NCBI GenBank assembly: GCA_030431985.1 | Contig: JAUIIB010000003.1 | Location: 1 to 64,000, forward strand | Reading direction: 5' to 3' | DNA from: Gammaproteobacteria bacterium | Lineage (GTDB): Bacteria > Pseudomonadota > Gammaproteobacteria > Burkholderiales > Nitrosomonadaceae | Length of the DNA: 64,000 bases | Shown: one piece after another, positions 37,775 through 47,681 of the stretch | Position numbering within the stretch: position 1 is the first letter of the stretch | How the letters are laid out: each line of letters starts with the position of its first letter | Made by a program: the position numbers and the translations under genes | Notes under the pieces: model-generated | The model's database searches: none | Told to the model about the DNA's origin: nothing | Seen by the model: only the letters and a program-made list of their open reading frames with translations

Positions 37775-38983
37775 ATGAACACATTTCAAGAAATGGGCCT
37801 GCCAAAGGCACTGAATCAAGCATTACTACATATGCAATTTAATAAACCGACTCCTATCCAAGTAGAAGCCATACCATTAGCGTTGGAAGGTAAAGATATA
37901 TTGGGGTCAGCACAAACCGGAACGGGAAAAACCGGTGCATTTGGTATTCCGTTAGTCGCCCGACTGTTATCCAGTTCACATGGGTCAGCCTTGGTAATGA
38001 CGCCGACACGTGAACTGGCATCACAAGTCTTGACGCAACTTCAAGCGATGCTGGGTCAGAAATCAAAAATTAAATCGGCTTTACTAATCGGCGGAGATTC
38101 TATGCCCAAACAACTTCGGCAGCTTCGCAATCGTCCAAGACTCATTGTTGGCACACCGGGCCGAATTAATGATCATCTGAGACGCAAAAGCCTCACATTA
38201 CATGACACGGATTTCCTCGTTCTTGACGAAACCGATCGTATGTTAGATATGGGGTTCACTGTACAGATTGAAAATGTAATGAACTATCTGGCGGCAAAAC
38301 GCCAGACACTTCTTTTCTCTGCAACATTACCTAAAAATATTGTTCGCATCGCCAAAAAATATCTGAACAATCCCGTACGCGTGGCTGTTAGCCCTAATTC
38401 AGCACTGGCCCCCAAAATCAGGCAGGATATTTTGCGTATCAGTGAATCAGAAAAATATCCCAGTCTTCTATCGCAATTGGATGAACGTGAAGGCTCGATT
38501 ATTGTTTTTGTCAAAACCAAACATGGCAGCGAAAGAATGGCGACCAAACTTTCCAAAGCAGGACACAGTGCCGACGCTATCCACGGCGACCTACGGCAAA
38601 ATCAACGTAATCGTGTAATCTCCGCCTTCAGAAAGAAAAAATACCGCATTTTGGTGGCGACCGATGTTGCCGCGCGCGGCCTGGATATTCCACATATCGA
38701 GCATGTCATAAACTATGACCTGCCACAATGCGCCGAAGATTATATTCACCGTATCGGCCGAACAGCTCGTGCCGACGCAGAGGGTGCAGCCTTAAATCTT
38801 GTATCACCTATGGACAAAAGCAAATGGAATGCAATTGATCGATTGATAAATCCAGGCAGCCGCCAATCTCAACCCAAACAAAGTACTAAAAAACGAAAAT
38901 TACAGAATAAGTTTCAGGAAGATATTGTGCCGTTTCATAAACGCAAAAAACCAAAACGCTCCACTTCCAGAAAAGCTGCGTAA
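37775..38983 (+). CDS. DEAD-box ATP-dependent RNA helicase (RhlE-like) with motif II variant DETD
   Basis: Q-motif, motif I AQTGTGKTGAF, motif II VLDETDRML (DETD instead of DEAD), SAT, HRIGRTAR; basic C-terminal tail. Confidence 0.85.
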   Translation: MNTFQEMGLPKALNQALLHMQFNKPTPIQVEAIPLALEGKDILGSAQTGTGKTGAFGIPLVARLLSSSHGSALVMTPTRELASQVLTQLQAMLGQKSKIKSALLIGGDSMPKQLRQLRNRPRLIVGTPGRINDHLRRKSLTLHDTDFLVLDETDRMLDMGFTVQIENVMNYLAAKRQTLLFSATLPKNIVRIAKKYLNNPVRVAVSPNSALAPKIRQDILRISESEKYPSLLSQLDEREGSIIVFVKTKHGSERMATKLSKAGHSADAIHGDLRQNQRNRVISAFRKKKYRILVATDVAARGLDIPHIEHVINYDLPQCAEDYIHRIGRTARADAEGAALNLVSPMDKSKWNAIDRLINPGSRQSQPKQSTKKRKLQNKFQEDIVPFHKRKKPKRSTSRKAA

Positions 38984-39224
38984 CTACGATAATACTACTG
39001 AGTTTCACATTTAAGTCACTCTAAATCTGATGGACTTCAAACTGTGCTATCTTTCAGCGGGCTTTCCATAGGTGTCACAAATAAATTTAGTAATAACCAA
39101 CTTGAGAGATCGTCCAAGCGCTTTGAAAAACCTGATATGTAGCTGTAGCAGTTCAAATTTTATCTAACAGATACCGGTTTTTCCTACCTCGTTTTGAACT
39201 CTTGCAGCAAATACAATTTTCAGG

Positions 39225-40412
39225 CTAAACCTGCCGAACCAGATATTCAAAAGCTGCAAGAGCTGCCTGAGCACCTTCTCCGGCAGCGACTATAACCTGT
39301 TTTTCCTTGTTATCGGTTACGTCACCGGCAGCAAAAATACCGCGCACACCGGTCTTACCATGACGATCGACGATAATCTCGCCACGATCATTAGTATCTA
39401 AAAGATCCAGCGCAAAATCGGAAGCAGGGAACAAACCAATCTCGATAAATACGCCCTCGACATCGATAGTTCTTCGTTCTCCGGTCCTGACATCGTCAAC
39501 AGTCAGACCGGAAACCTTTTCCTCGCCATGAATCTCAATTGGCTTATAAAATTTCAAGGTCTCGACATTCTTGGTAGAAGCAATCTTGTCTTGCAAAATC
39601 TGATCCCCAGTCCAATCACCGGATGAAATGAAGTAGACTTTCTTCGCAATCGAATCCATCTCAATGGCAGCTTCTAATCCAGAGTTCCCGCCGCCGACAA
39701 TGGCAACAATCATATCCTTGAATAAAGGCCCGTCACAAGTCGAACAATACACAACACCCTTACCTTGCAATTGTTTCTCACCCGGAATACCAAGTTTGCG
39801 TTTTGAAGCGCCGGTGGCAATGATAACCGCTTTGGTCAAAATTTTCTTGCCAGAAGATAGTTGTATGGATTTGCAACGACCCTCCTGCACGATACCCGAC
39901 ACTTTCTCGCCGATACGCTTCTCAATATGATACTGATCAACATGTTCGCTAAGCTGTTGCACAAGATCAGGACCGGTAATTATCTGAAAGCCAGGATAAT
40001 TGGCAATATCGTAAGTTGTGCCCATTTGCCCGCCCAGATCATAGGCCACCAGCACAGTTGTAAGATTTTTACGTGCCGCATAAATTGCGGCCGACATACC
40101 CGCAGGCCCGGCACCGATCACCACAACATCAAAAATTTTATCGGGCACATTTTCAGATTTAAGTCCGAGTAACGAATTCAGCTCACCCGAGGCATTTAAT
40201 ATTGCCATATCGTCGTAACCACCTACAGACCGGTCATCAATAAAAATCTGTGGCACAGTACGGCGGCCAGAACGCTTTATCATTTCCTCTTCAGATTTCC
40301 CACCATCGCTGATATCAATTTCTACATACTCTAAGCCTTTAGACTTTAAAAGTGACTTCGCTTTTGAACAATAAGGACACCAGCGCTTGGAATATATCTC
40401 TATTTTTTTCAT
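39225..40412 (-). CDS. Glutaredoxin-thioredoxin reductase fusion protein (N-terminal Grx CPYC domain, low-Mr TrxR-type FAD/NAD(P) flavoprotein with CSTCDG redox centre)
   Basis: N-terminus KRWCPYCSKAKSLL (Grx), FAD GxGxxG (VVVIGAGPAGMSAA), redox-active CSTCDGPLF, NADPH site (VAIVGGGNSGLEAA). Confidence 0.75.
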   Translation of the reverse strand: MKKIEIYSKRWCPYCSKAKSLLKSKGLEYVEIDISDGGKSEEEMIKRSGRRTVPQIFIDDRSVGGYDDMAILNASGELNSLLGLKSENVPDKIFDVVVIGAGPAGMSAAIYAARKNLTTVLVAYDLGGQMGTTYDIANYPGFQIITGPDLVQQLSEHVDQYHIEKRIGEKVSGIVQEGRCKSIQLSSGKKILTKAVIIATGASKRKLGIPGEKQLQGKGVVYCSTCDGPLFKDMIVAIVGGGNSGLEAAIEMDSIAKKVYFISSGDWTGDQILQDKIASTKNVETLKFYKPIEIHGEEKVSGLTVDDVRTGERRTIDVEGVFIEIGLFPASDFALDLLDTNDRGEIIVDRHGKTGVRGIFAAGDVTDNKEKQVIVAAGEGAQAALAAFEYLVRQV

Positions 40413-40490
40413 GAGTTCGTTCCTTGATATCTATTAAACAATGCAATCAAATTTCACTTTGCGCCTTTTGCAATGTTATGAAACGAGATT

Positions 40491-41849
40491 TCATTTACCA
40501 ATACAAAAGTGTGAAAAAATTTCGCCCAGCAAATCGTCTGCGGTGAAGCGTCCAGTTATCGACGATAACGCATCCTGAGCCAGTCTGAGTTCTTCGGCGA
40601 GCAATACCCATTCTGACTCATTGTCACGATATGCCATCGCCGTATTCAAATGTAGTTGTGAATTTTCCAGCGCTTCCAGGTGGCGTTGTCTGGCGGTAAA
40701 AAGCCCTTCTCCAGACTGGGCGACTTGCCAGCCGGCTGCATGCAAAATTTGTTCGCGTAATAATTCAACACCAGCACCTGTTTTTGCAGACAAATACACA
40801 TCAACGGCGTTTTCCCATTTGTCTATTTTGGGTGCCCGGTCGACCAGGTCAATTTTGTTAAAAACGATAATTTGCGGTTTATCGTTAGAATAGGCGTATA
40901 AACTGATGTCGTCTTGGGTACGAGAATCCCCACTCAGATCAACCAAATGAATAAGGATATCGGCATCCCTGATGGCGGCATGCGTACGTTCGATTCCTTT
41001 CTGTTCGACAATATCTGTAGTTTCTCTTAAACCCGCGGTATCAATGATATGAACCGGAACGCCAGCCAATGTAATTGACTTTTGTATGCTGTCACGTGTG
41101 GTTCCGGGGATTTCAGTAACGATAGCGACATCATCTTCGGCGAGTTGATTGAGCAGGCTGGACTTACCGACGTTCGGTTCGCCGACCAATACCGTTTTAA
41201 TACCCTCTTGCAACAGTTTTCCCTGATGCGCTGAAGCCAGAACACTGTTCAATTGTGCATAAATAGCATCAAGCTTGTTTTTAACCATTTCAGTGTGCAG
41301 TACATCAATTTCTTCTTCCGGAAAATCAAGTGTAGCTTCGATCAGCATGCGTAGCTCGATTAATAACCGAGTCAGTTCATCAATAGTGGTTGAAAAACGG
41401 CCCTGCAGCGAGCGAACGGCACAACGCGCCGCTTGACTGGTACTGGCTTCGATAATATCGGCGACACTTTCAGCCTGCACCAGATCCAGCTTCTGGTTTA
41501 GAAAAGCACGTAATGTAAATTCGCCGGGCTGGGCCATTCGGGCGCCACAAGCAAGGCACCGGTTGAGTAGCAAATTCATGATAGTCGGCCCGCCATGACC
41601 CTGCAGCTCGAGCACATCCTCACCCGTATAAGAATTTGGTGCGGGAAAATAGAGCGCGATGCCGTGATCTATAGCCTCGCCATGTACATCGAGAAACCGG
41701 CTTAACTGTGCATAGCGCGGTTTGGGATGCTCGCCCAGGATGTTCTCAGCGAGCGACGTCAGATTTTTACCTGAAATACGAATAATACCGACACCGCCTT
41801 TACCTGGCGGCGTCGCAATTGCAGCAATTATATCGGGCTGGTCCATCAT
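40491..41849 (-). CDS. mnmE: tRNA uridine-5-carboxymethylaminomethyl modification GTPase MnmE (TrmE)
   Basis: N-terminus IAAIATPPGKGGVGIIRISG; G-domain GEPNVGKSSLLN; C-terminal CIGK. Confidence 0.9.
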   Translation of the reverse strand: MMDQPDIIAAIATPPGKGGVGIIRISGKNLTSLAENILGEHPKPRYAQLSRFLDVHGEAIDHGIALYFPAPNSYTGEDVLELQGHGGPTIMNLLLNRCLACGARMAQPGEFTLRAFLNQKLDLVQAESVADIIEASTSQAARCAVRSLQGRFSTTIDELTRLLIELRMLIEATLDFPEEEIDVLHTEMVKNKLDAIYAQLNSVLASAHQGKLLQEGIKTVLVGEPNVGKSSLLNQLAEDDVAIVTEIPGTTRDSIQKSITLAGVPVHIIDTAGLRETTDIVEQKGIERTHAAIRDADILIHLVDLSGDSRTQDDISLYAYSNDKPQIIVFNKIDLVDRAPKIDKWENAVDVYLSAKTGAGVELLREQILHAAGWQVAQSGEGLFTARQRHLEALENSQLHLNTAMAYRDNESEWVLLAEELRLAQDALSSITGRFTADDLLGEIFSHFCIGK

Positions 41850-41921
41850 CCCCTAATGCTGTTCCTGAAAAACCAGTCCACCATCTTTATCACAATGTGC
41901 CGATCGTAAACTGGTAGTGTG

Positions 41922-43850
41922 CTATCTTTTTTTGCTTCTGCTCCTATTCCTGCGTGCTCCTGCACCCGGTTTGGATTTGGGTTTTACAGGCACTGGTTTT
42001 TCGCCACCTGATGTTTTTTCAGTTTTGGTTTCTACCGCCTGAACATCTTCAATATCATTCTCGTCAGTTACAGCGGTATTATCAACATCAGTCAATTGTT
42101 TGGCTTCTTTATCAGTTGCCTTGCCCTTGCCTTTTGGTTGATTTGTACCTTTGGTTTTTTTTCCCTCTTCGATTTCCGCCTCTTTCTCAAACATGCGCGT
42201 AATCTGCCACTGTTGCGCAATGGAAAGGATATTGTTACACAGTGAATACAACACTAAACCTGCCGGGAAGAAAAAGAAAAATACACTAAAAGCGATCGGC
42301 ATGATCTGCATGATTTTCGCCTGCATCGGATCCGCCGGTTTCGGACTCAATTTGGATTGAATGAACATGGAAATGCCCATCAATACCGGTAGCACATAGT
42401 ATGGATCAGGAACGGACAAATCAGTAATCCAAAGTGCTAACGGCGCATAGCGTAACTCGACCGCAGCAAGCAATGTCCAGAATAGGGCGATAAACACCGG
42501 AATCTGCACCAAAATGGGTAAACACCCACCCAGGGGATTGATTTTTTCCTCTTTATAAAACTCCATCATAGCCTGGTGCATACGCTGGCGATCGCTAGCA
42601 TATTGTTCGCGAATGCGCTGTAACTTCGGTGTGACCACACGCATTTTAGCCATCGAACGATAACCTGCTGCTGATAATGGAAAAAACAATAACTTAACCG
42701 TTACCGTTAACAGAATAATGGCAAGTCCCCAGTTTCCGACATAAGAGTGATAAAAAGAAAGCAACCAGAATAACGGTTTTGCCAGTACAGTCAGCCATCC
42801 ATAATCTACGGTCAAATCCAAACCCGGCGCAAGTTCGGCCAACTTATCCTGATCCTGGGGACCGGCGTAAAAAGGCATCGTCACGACTTCAGTTTGCCCC
42901 GAATCTATCGTCCCAACAGGGACTATTACACCTGCTGCATATTGGTTATGCGCCAATTGCTTGGTGTAATATTCACGGGGTTCACCCTGCTTTGGCAACC
43001 ATGCCGTCAAGAAATAATGCTCAAGCATGGCAATCCAGCCGTCATCGGCATTGGTCGGATGTTCGGCTTTATTTTTCTCCAAATCGGAAAGCGTAACTTT
43101 GGTAAACTTTTCCTCTTCAGTATAAAGCGCCGGACCGGTGTGGGAACGCACCATAAAAGTCTGTCCGGCCGGGTCTTTTCCATCCCGCAACATCTGAAAA
43201 TAGGCGTACGGCTGGAACGTAGCGTCACTTTGATTATCAATCTCAAAAGTAACGTCGATCACATAAGTACCACGATGAAACGTATACACCTTTGCAATTC
43301 GGATTCCGTTGACCTCAGGCGCTACAAGACGTACGCTTAGACTCTCTTCACCGGGATTCAAAGTATAATCGTGTTTATTTGAATCTAGGGTGTATTGCGT
43401 CTTATGGTTTGGCAGGTTATCGCCGATTAATCCCGACTGTGCAATCTGAAAACGGGCAGCCTGATCCAGCAACAAATCATAGGGTTTATTTTTGTCTTCG
43501 CTGGAAGGGTGCTTCAAAAGCCCTAACTTCCTGATATCACCGCCTGCGGTATCAATTTCGGCAACAATCATATCGGTTGTAACGTGTATCCGCTCACCCA
43601 TTTCAAATAGATTGGGTGTAACGGATGATTGCATGCCCTCAATTCCTTGAGCAATACCCGACATACCTGTTCCAGCCAGTTTATCGCTGGGTACCGGCAA
43701 CGTATCATCATTAGACGCATTACCGTTCTCTACCAAAGGCGCCGGCGTTACTTGAGAAGCCGGCGGGTGAATTTCTTGTTGCCATGATTCCCATAATAGC
43801 AACAGCGAAGTTGAGAAGATAATAATAAGTATAAGTTTTCTTGTTTCCAT
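41922..43850 (-). CDS. yidC: Membrane protein insertase YidC with an extended basic C-terminal tail
   Basis: Large periplasmic P1 domain and conserved 5-TM core (..LPILVQIPVFIALFW..). ~90 extra C-terminal residues rich in K/R/E (..KSKPGAGARRNRSRSKKR). Confidence 0.9.
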   Translation of the reverse strand: METRKLILIIIFSTSLLLLWESWQQEIHPPASQVTPAPLVENGNASNDDTLPVPSDKLAGTGMSGIAQGIEGMQSSVTPNLFEMGERIHVTTDMIVAEIDTAGGDIRKLGLLKHPSSEDKNKPYDLLLDQAARFQIAQSGLIGDNLPNHKTQYTLDSNKHDYTLNPGEESLSVRLVAPEVNGIRIAKVYTFHRGTYVIDVTFEIDNQSDATFQPYAYFQMLRDGKDPAGQTFMVRSHTGPALYTEEEKFTKVTLSDLEKNKAEHPTNADDGWIAMLEHYFLTAWLPKQGEPREYYTKQLAHNQYAAGVIVPVGTIDSGQTEVVTMPFYAGPQDQDKLAELAPGLDLTVDYGWLTVLAKPLFWLLSFYHSYVGNWGLAIILLTVTVKLLFFPLSAAGYRSMAKMRVVTPKLQRIREQYASDRQRMHQAMMEFYKEEKINPLGGCLPILVQIPVFIALFWTLLAAVELRYAPLALWITDLSVPDPYYVLPVLMGISMFIQSKLSPKPADPMQAKIMQIMPIAFSVFFFFFPAGLVLYSLCNNILSIAQQWQITRMFEKEAEIEEGKKTKGTNQPKGKGKATDKEAKQLTDVDNTAVTDENDIEDVQAVETKTEKTSGGEKPVPVKPKSKPGAGARRNRSRSKKR

Positions 43851-43967
43851 TGTTATCTGGTCAGATTAATTGTGTAACAACTACCGGTTTGAACGCTACA
43901 AACAAAGTGAAACACGTCACGGCTGTTATATTCAACGTCTTGAACGACTCAAACCTCAGAAAGGGAT

Positions 43968-44177
43968 TTAAGGCACAGGCTCATATCCACCTTTGCCCCA
44001 AGGATTACAACGCAGAACTCGCCAAATACTTAACCGTATACCACGTATAAAACCATATTTTGCGAGCGCTTCACACGCGTATTGCGAACAGGTCGGTGTA
44101 AATCGGCATGAAGGTGGCATTAAAGGACTGATGCAGTATTGATAAAGCTTTATAAGATTAATAATTAATCGTGACAT
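43968..44177 (-). CDS. yidD: Membrane protein insertion efficiency factor YidD
   Basis: ..[30 protein letters not shown].. conserved YidD motif; start taken at the internal Met, and the ORF extends to 44270. Confidence 0.8.
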   Translation of the reverse strand: MSRLIINLIKLYQYCISPLMPPSCRFTPTCSQYACEALAKYGFIRGIRLSIWRVLRCNPWGKGGYEPVP

Positions 44178-44551
44178 TGTTGTAATCGATACATCAACAA
44201 CCTGATTTCCGTAACAAATTGCGCCCTTGAAATATTTGCAGTTACAGGCCGACGCATACGCATTATCCAATCCATCTGCACCAGATTATCATTTTGGAAC
44301 GTTCGAAACGTTTCACGTAACTGCCGTTTGATTCGATTACGCTTTACCGCACCCCGCTCAATTTTTTTAGGTACGATCAAGCCCAGACGCGAAAACGACA
44401 GGCCGTTAGGCATTGCATAGATCTGCACAAACTTTCCTCGCGCCTGATGCTTAAAACGAAAAACAGAATCAAATGTTTTTGCATGATGCAATCTTCGCGC
44501 TTTTGGAAGTAACAGTGCTATTTTATTTTTTTCGCTAATAAGACGGCTCAG
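44165..44551 (-). CDS. rnpA: Ribonuclease P protein component (start codon uncertain, probably non-ATG)
   Basis: ..[17 protein letters not shown].. and ..[10 protein letters not shown].. RnpA motifs. The frame is open from the TAA at 44578, with no in-frame ATG upstream of the conserved N-terminal region. Confidence 0.7.
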   Translation of the reverse strand: MSRLISEKNKIALLLPKARRLHHAKTFDSVFRFKHQARGKFVQIYAMPNGLSFSRLGLIVPKKIERGAVKRNRIKRQLRETFRTFQNDNLVQMDWIMRMRRPVTANISRAQFVTEIRLLMYRLQQCHD

Positions 44552-44587
44552 CCCTGCGCTCAGATACCTGAAATCTTACCACAAACC

Positions 44588-44722
44588 TTATACACTTAAT
44601 TTTGCGCGTCCTTTAGCTCGACGCGCTCTGATAACAGACGCACCGCCTCGTGTTTTCATGCGTACGAGAAAACCGTGAGTACGCTTTCTTTTAGTTACAG
44701 ATGGTTGAAAAGTACGTTTCAT
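44588..44722 (-). CDS. rpmH: 50S ribosomal protein L34
   Basis: Minus-strand [47 protein letters not shown] (44 aa); absent from the ORF track because it is under 60 aa. Confidence 0.9.
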   Translation of the reverse strand: MKRTFQPSVTKRKRTHGFLVRMKTRGGASVIRARRAKGRAKLSV

Positions 44723-44896
44723 CGCTTAAAATCCTCTCCTATCGCTTCTCTTTAATCAATAAAACCGTGTATTACAACCTGTTATGCAACCTGATGTCAA
44801 CTGTTTTTAACAGGACAGCAATAAACAACGTACCCGTCAACCTGCACTTACTAAAGCCCCAGTGTTGTTCACAGCTCACCAGGATTAGCGCCCAAT

Positions 44897-45997
44897 CTAA
44901 AACTTGGCACCTGTTCCAATAAGCTCGGCTGAAACAATTCGATAACTAAAATTTTCAGAATCCAAACTATCCTGACTCCGTCCATCGATTTCAGCATGAG
45001 GGAATAAAAAGAAAGGCAGTTTTCCTGCTTTACTGTTAGTTAACTGTACATCTTGTCCATGATTGAATGTAATCCAATTCATTTCCCATGCACCAAATAG
45101 TCTCTCCCTCAAATACGCCATTTCTAAATCATCCGGCTCCCTGTTTTCAAATTTGGCCACCTTGCAAACGTCAGCCGGATTGATGGGCACCCAACCCACA
45201 TCATTCAGATAAAATTCGGCACGGCTGTGTTGTGCATGACTGATATCAGCCCGCTTGCCAATACTATCGTGTAATTGAGATTCCATCATTCGAATACCAT
45301 ATTGAACACGTGCAGGAATCCCGATTGATCGCGCCAACCCTACAAACAATGAATGAATATCCACGCACTTACCGCTTAACTTGCTGTTTTCCAGCATATA
45401 TTTAATATCCCCTGTACCACTTCCACGGGTCATTTCATCATATTGAAAATGATCAACTAGCCAATCATAAATCGCTTTCGCTTTATCGACCGTGGTACTG
45501 CTTTCATCATAAATAATTGAATAAGCTACATCCTTGACAATCCCGCTAACCGGTATTGTACGTGTTGCATTGAGGAAAGGTCTGATATTACTGGGTATTG
45601 AAGTGTTATTTGAATGACGGTAATAATCGAGATTAACGGCGCGGTGTGATGTCTTAATGATGGATTGAACTGAAACCTGCCGCTTTCCCTCACCATTCCA
45701 CTCAGCAAAAAAAACCGGAAATTTTCTCTGACCCAGCGTTGTAAATTGCGCCCGGGACGCAGTACCCGACCAATTACTACCTTGAGTATATTGATAACCC
45801 GAATCGAAAGAATTAGGTATTGGCAGCCACAAACGCGCCCTTTTACCGGCTGCGGGAAGATTAACCTCGTAAGTCAATCGAAAGCTATTCCATTTGTCGA
45901 AATCCAGTATTCGGCTATTGGTTAATAAAGCCGGCGAAGCCATTGGCATTAAAAGTGCGCTTGACCCGACAATTTTGATAAAATCTCTTCGTTTCAT
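44897..45997 (-). CDS. Tat-exported transglutaminase-like domain protein
   Basis: Twin-arginine signal MKRRDFIKIVGSSALLMPMASPA; transglutaminase-like core with Cys (..SGKCVDIHSLFVGLARSIGIPAR..) and downstream His/Asp. Confidence 0.65.
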   Translation of the reverse strand: MKRRDFIKIVGSSALLMPMASPALLTNSRILDFDKWNSFRLTYEVNLPAAGKRARLWLPIPNSFDSGYQYTQGSNWSGTASRAQFTTLGQRKFPVFFAEWNGEGKRQVSVQSIIKTSHRAVNLDYYRHSNNTSIPSNIRPFLNATRTIPVSGIVKDVAYSIIYDESSTTVDKAKAIYDWLVDHFQYDEMTRGSGTGDIKYMLENSKLSGKCVDIHSLFVGLARSIGIPARVQYGIRMMESQLHDSIGKRADISHAQHSRAEFYLNDVGWVPINPADVCKVAKFENREPDDLEMAYLRERLFGAWEMNWITFNHGQDVQLTNSKAGKLPFFLFPHAEIDGRSQDSLDSENFSYRIVSAELIGTGAKF

Positions 45998-46115
45998 GGC
46001 TTTTAACTATTTCTTTATTGATAGATCCCGGGTTTTTTAATTTTTAAATCACTGCCTGCTGGCGAATTTTATCCTATTGCTTACTTTAGTCAATGTGCTA
46101 CATTGACTACCTATT

Positions 46116-46811
46116 ATGTCGAAACCTGAATTATTATCTACTGTTGAAATTGAAACGGCACCCGCGCCCGATCACACTGTAATCTGGATGCACGGACTGG
46201 GCGCCGATGGGAACGATTTTGCTCCGATCATTAATGAGTTTAAATCATCAACACAAACTGGTATACGATTTATTTTTCCACATGCGCCGATGCGGCCGGT
46301 TACCATTAACAATGGTTATGTCATGCGTGCCTGGTACGATATTCTCGACGCAAGGTTTGATGCTACAGAAGACGAAACCGGCATTAGAGAATCACATCAT
46401 GCGATAGATGCACTAATCGATAACGAGTTGCAACGTGGCATCGCCTCACATAACATAGCGCTGGCCGGGTTTTCTCAAGGTGGTGCAATTGCACTTCAAG
46501 TTGGACTGCGTCAAAAAAACAAATTGGCGGGTATTATGGCTTTATCGTGCTATCTGCCGCTTGCCGAAACACTGTCGCATGAATCGCAAACAGTCAATGC
46601 GACAACGTCCATCTTTATGGCCCACGGCTCACATGATCCAGTCGTGCCGATATCGCTCGCTACAGCTTCCAGAGAAAAGCTACACCAAGCAAATTATCCA
46701 CTCGAATGGCACGAATATCCAATGGACCATACCGTCTGTTTGCAGGAAATCCAGGATATGGATAATTGGTTGCACGGCATTTTCTTACCACCTGCAAAGC
46801 GTGCAAAATAA
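46116..46811 (+). CDS. Alpha/beta-hydrolase carboxylesterase/phospholipase family protein
   Basis: GFSQGG nucleophile elbow, downstream His/Asp; 231 aa. Confidence 0.75.
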   Translation: MSKPELLSTVEIETAPAPDHTVIWMHGLGADGNDFAPIINEFKSSTQTGIRFIFPHAPMRPVTINNGYVMRAWYDILDARFDATEDETGIRESHHAIDALIDNELQRGIASHNIALAGFSQGGAIALQVGLRQKNKLAGIMALSCYLPLAETLSHESQTVNATTSIFMAHGSHDPVVPISLATASREKLHQANYPLEWHEYPMDHTVCLQEIQDMDNWLHGIFLPPAKRAK

Positions 46812-46826
46812 TAGGATCATGAATTT

Positions 46827-47594
46827 ATGAAACTGGCAACCTGGAATGTAAACTCACTCAAAGTCCGGTTACCCCAAGTTCTGGATTGGCTTCAGCAACA
46901 ACAACCAGACGTATTGTGCCTACAAGAAACTAAATTAACCGATGAAAATTTCCCGCAACATGACCTTGCTGAAGCAGGCTATCACTCCCTTTTTGCGGGC
47001 CAAAAAACATATAATGGCGTCGCCATTCTCAGCAAGCAGCCCGGTAGCACCTTGGTCACAGCAATACCCGATTTTGCAGACGAGCAAAAAAGGGTTTTAG
47101 CTGCAACATTTGGCGAATTACGCGTCATTTGCATTTATGTACCAAACGGTGAAGCGGTGGAATCGACAAAATATGAGTATAAATTAAAATGGCTTCAGGC
47201 ACTGCACGTATGGTTAGGCTATGAGCTAAAAAACCATCCTAAACTTGCCATACTTGGCGACTATAATATTGCGCCGGATGACCGGGATGTCCATGACCCG
47301 GAAGCCTGGGCGGGAAGCGTATTATGCAGCCAGCCAGAACGGGATGCTTTCCTCGAATTGCTGAATTTAGGTTTTGCAGATAGTTTCAGATTATTCGATC
47401 AACCCGAAAAAACATACAGTTGGTGGGATTATCGTATGATGGCTTTTCGCCGAAACAGGGGATTGCGCATTGATCATATCTTATTAAGTCACATGCTGGT
47501 TGAACATTGCAATGCGTGCCGGATAGATAAAGCCACTCGAAAATTGGAGCGCCCGTCAGATCACGCACCGGTTATCGCCGAATTATCATGGTAA
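46827..47594 (+). CDS. xthA: Exodeoxyribonuclease III (AP endonuclease)
   Basis: N-terminus KLATWNVNSLKVR..LCLQETK; EEP-family catalytic residues; 255 aa. Confidence 0.9.
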   Translation: MKLATWNVNSLKVRLPQVLDWLQQQQPDVLCLQETKLTDENFPQHDLAEAGYHSLFAGQKTYNGVAILSKQPGSTLVTAIPDFADEQKRVLAATFGELRVICIYVPNGEAVESTKYEYKLKWLQALHVWLGYELKNHPKLAILGDYNIAPDDRDVHDPEAWAGSVLCSQPERDAFLELLNLGFADSFRLFDQPEKTYSWWDYRMMAFRRNRGLRIDHILLSHMLVEHCNACRIDKATRKLERPSDHAPVIAELSW

Positions 47595-47681
47595 TCACCA
47601 AAAAATTGCATAAAAAGCTATTTTTACCTTAACAAGCCGCCAAAATTTCATTACGCTTGACAGACGACATGTGTTGTTCGC

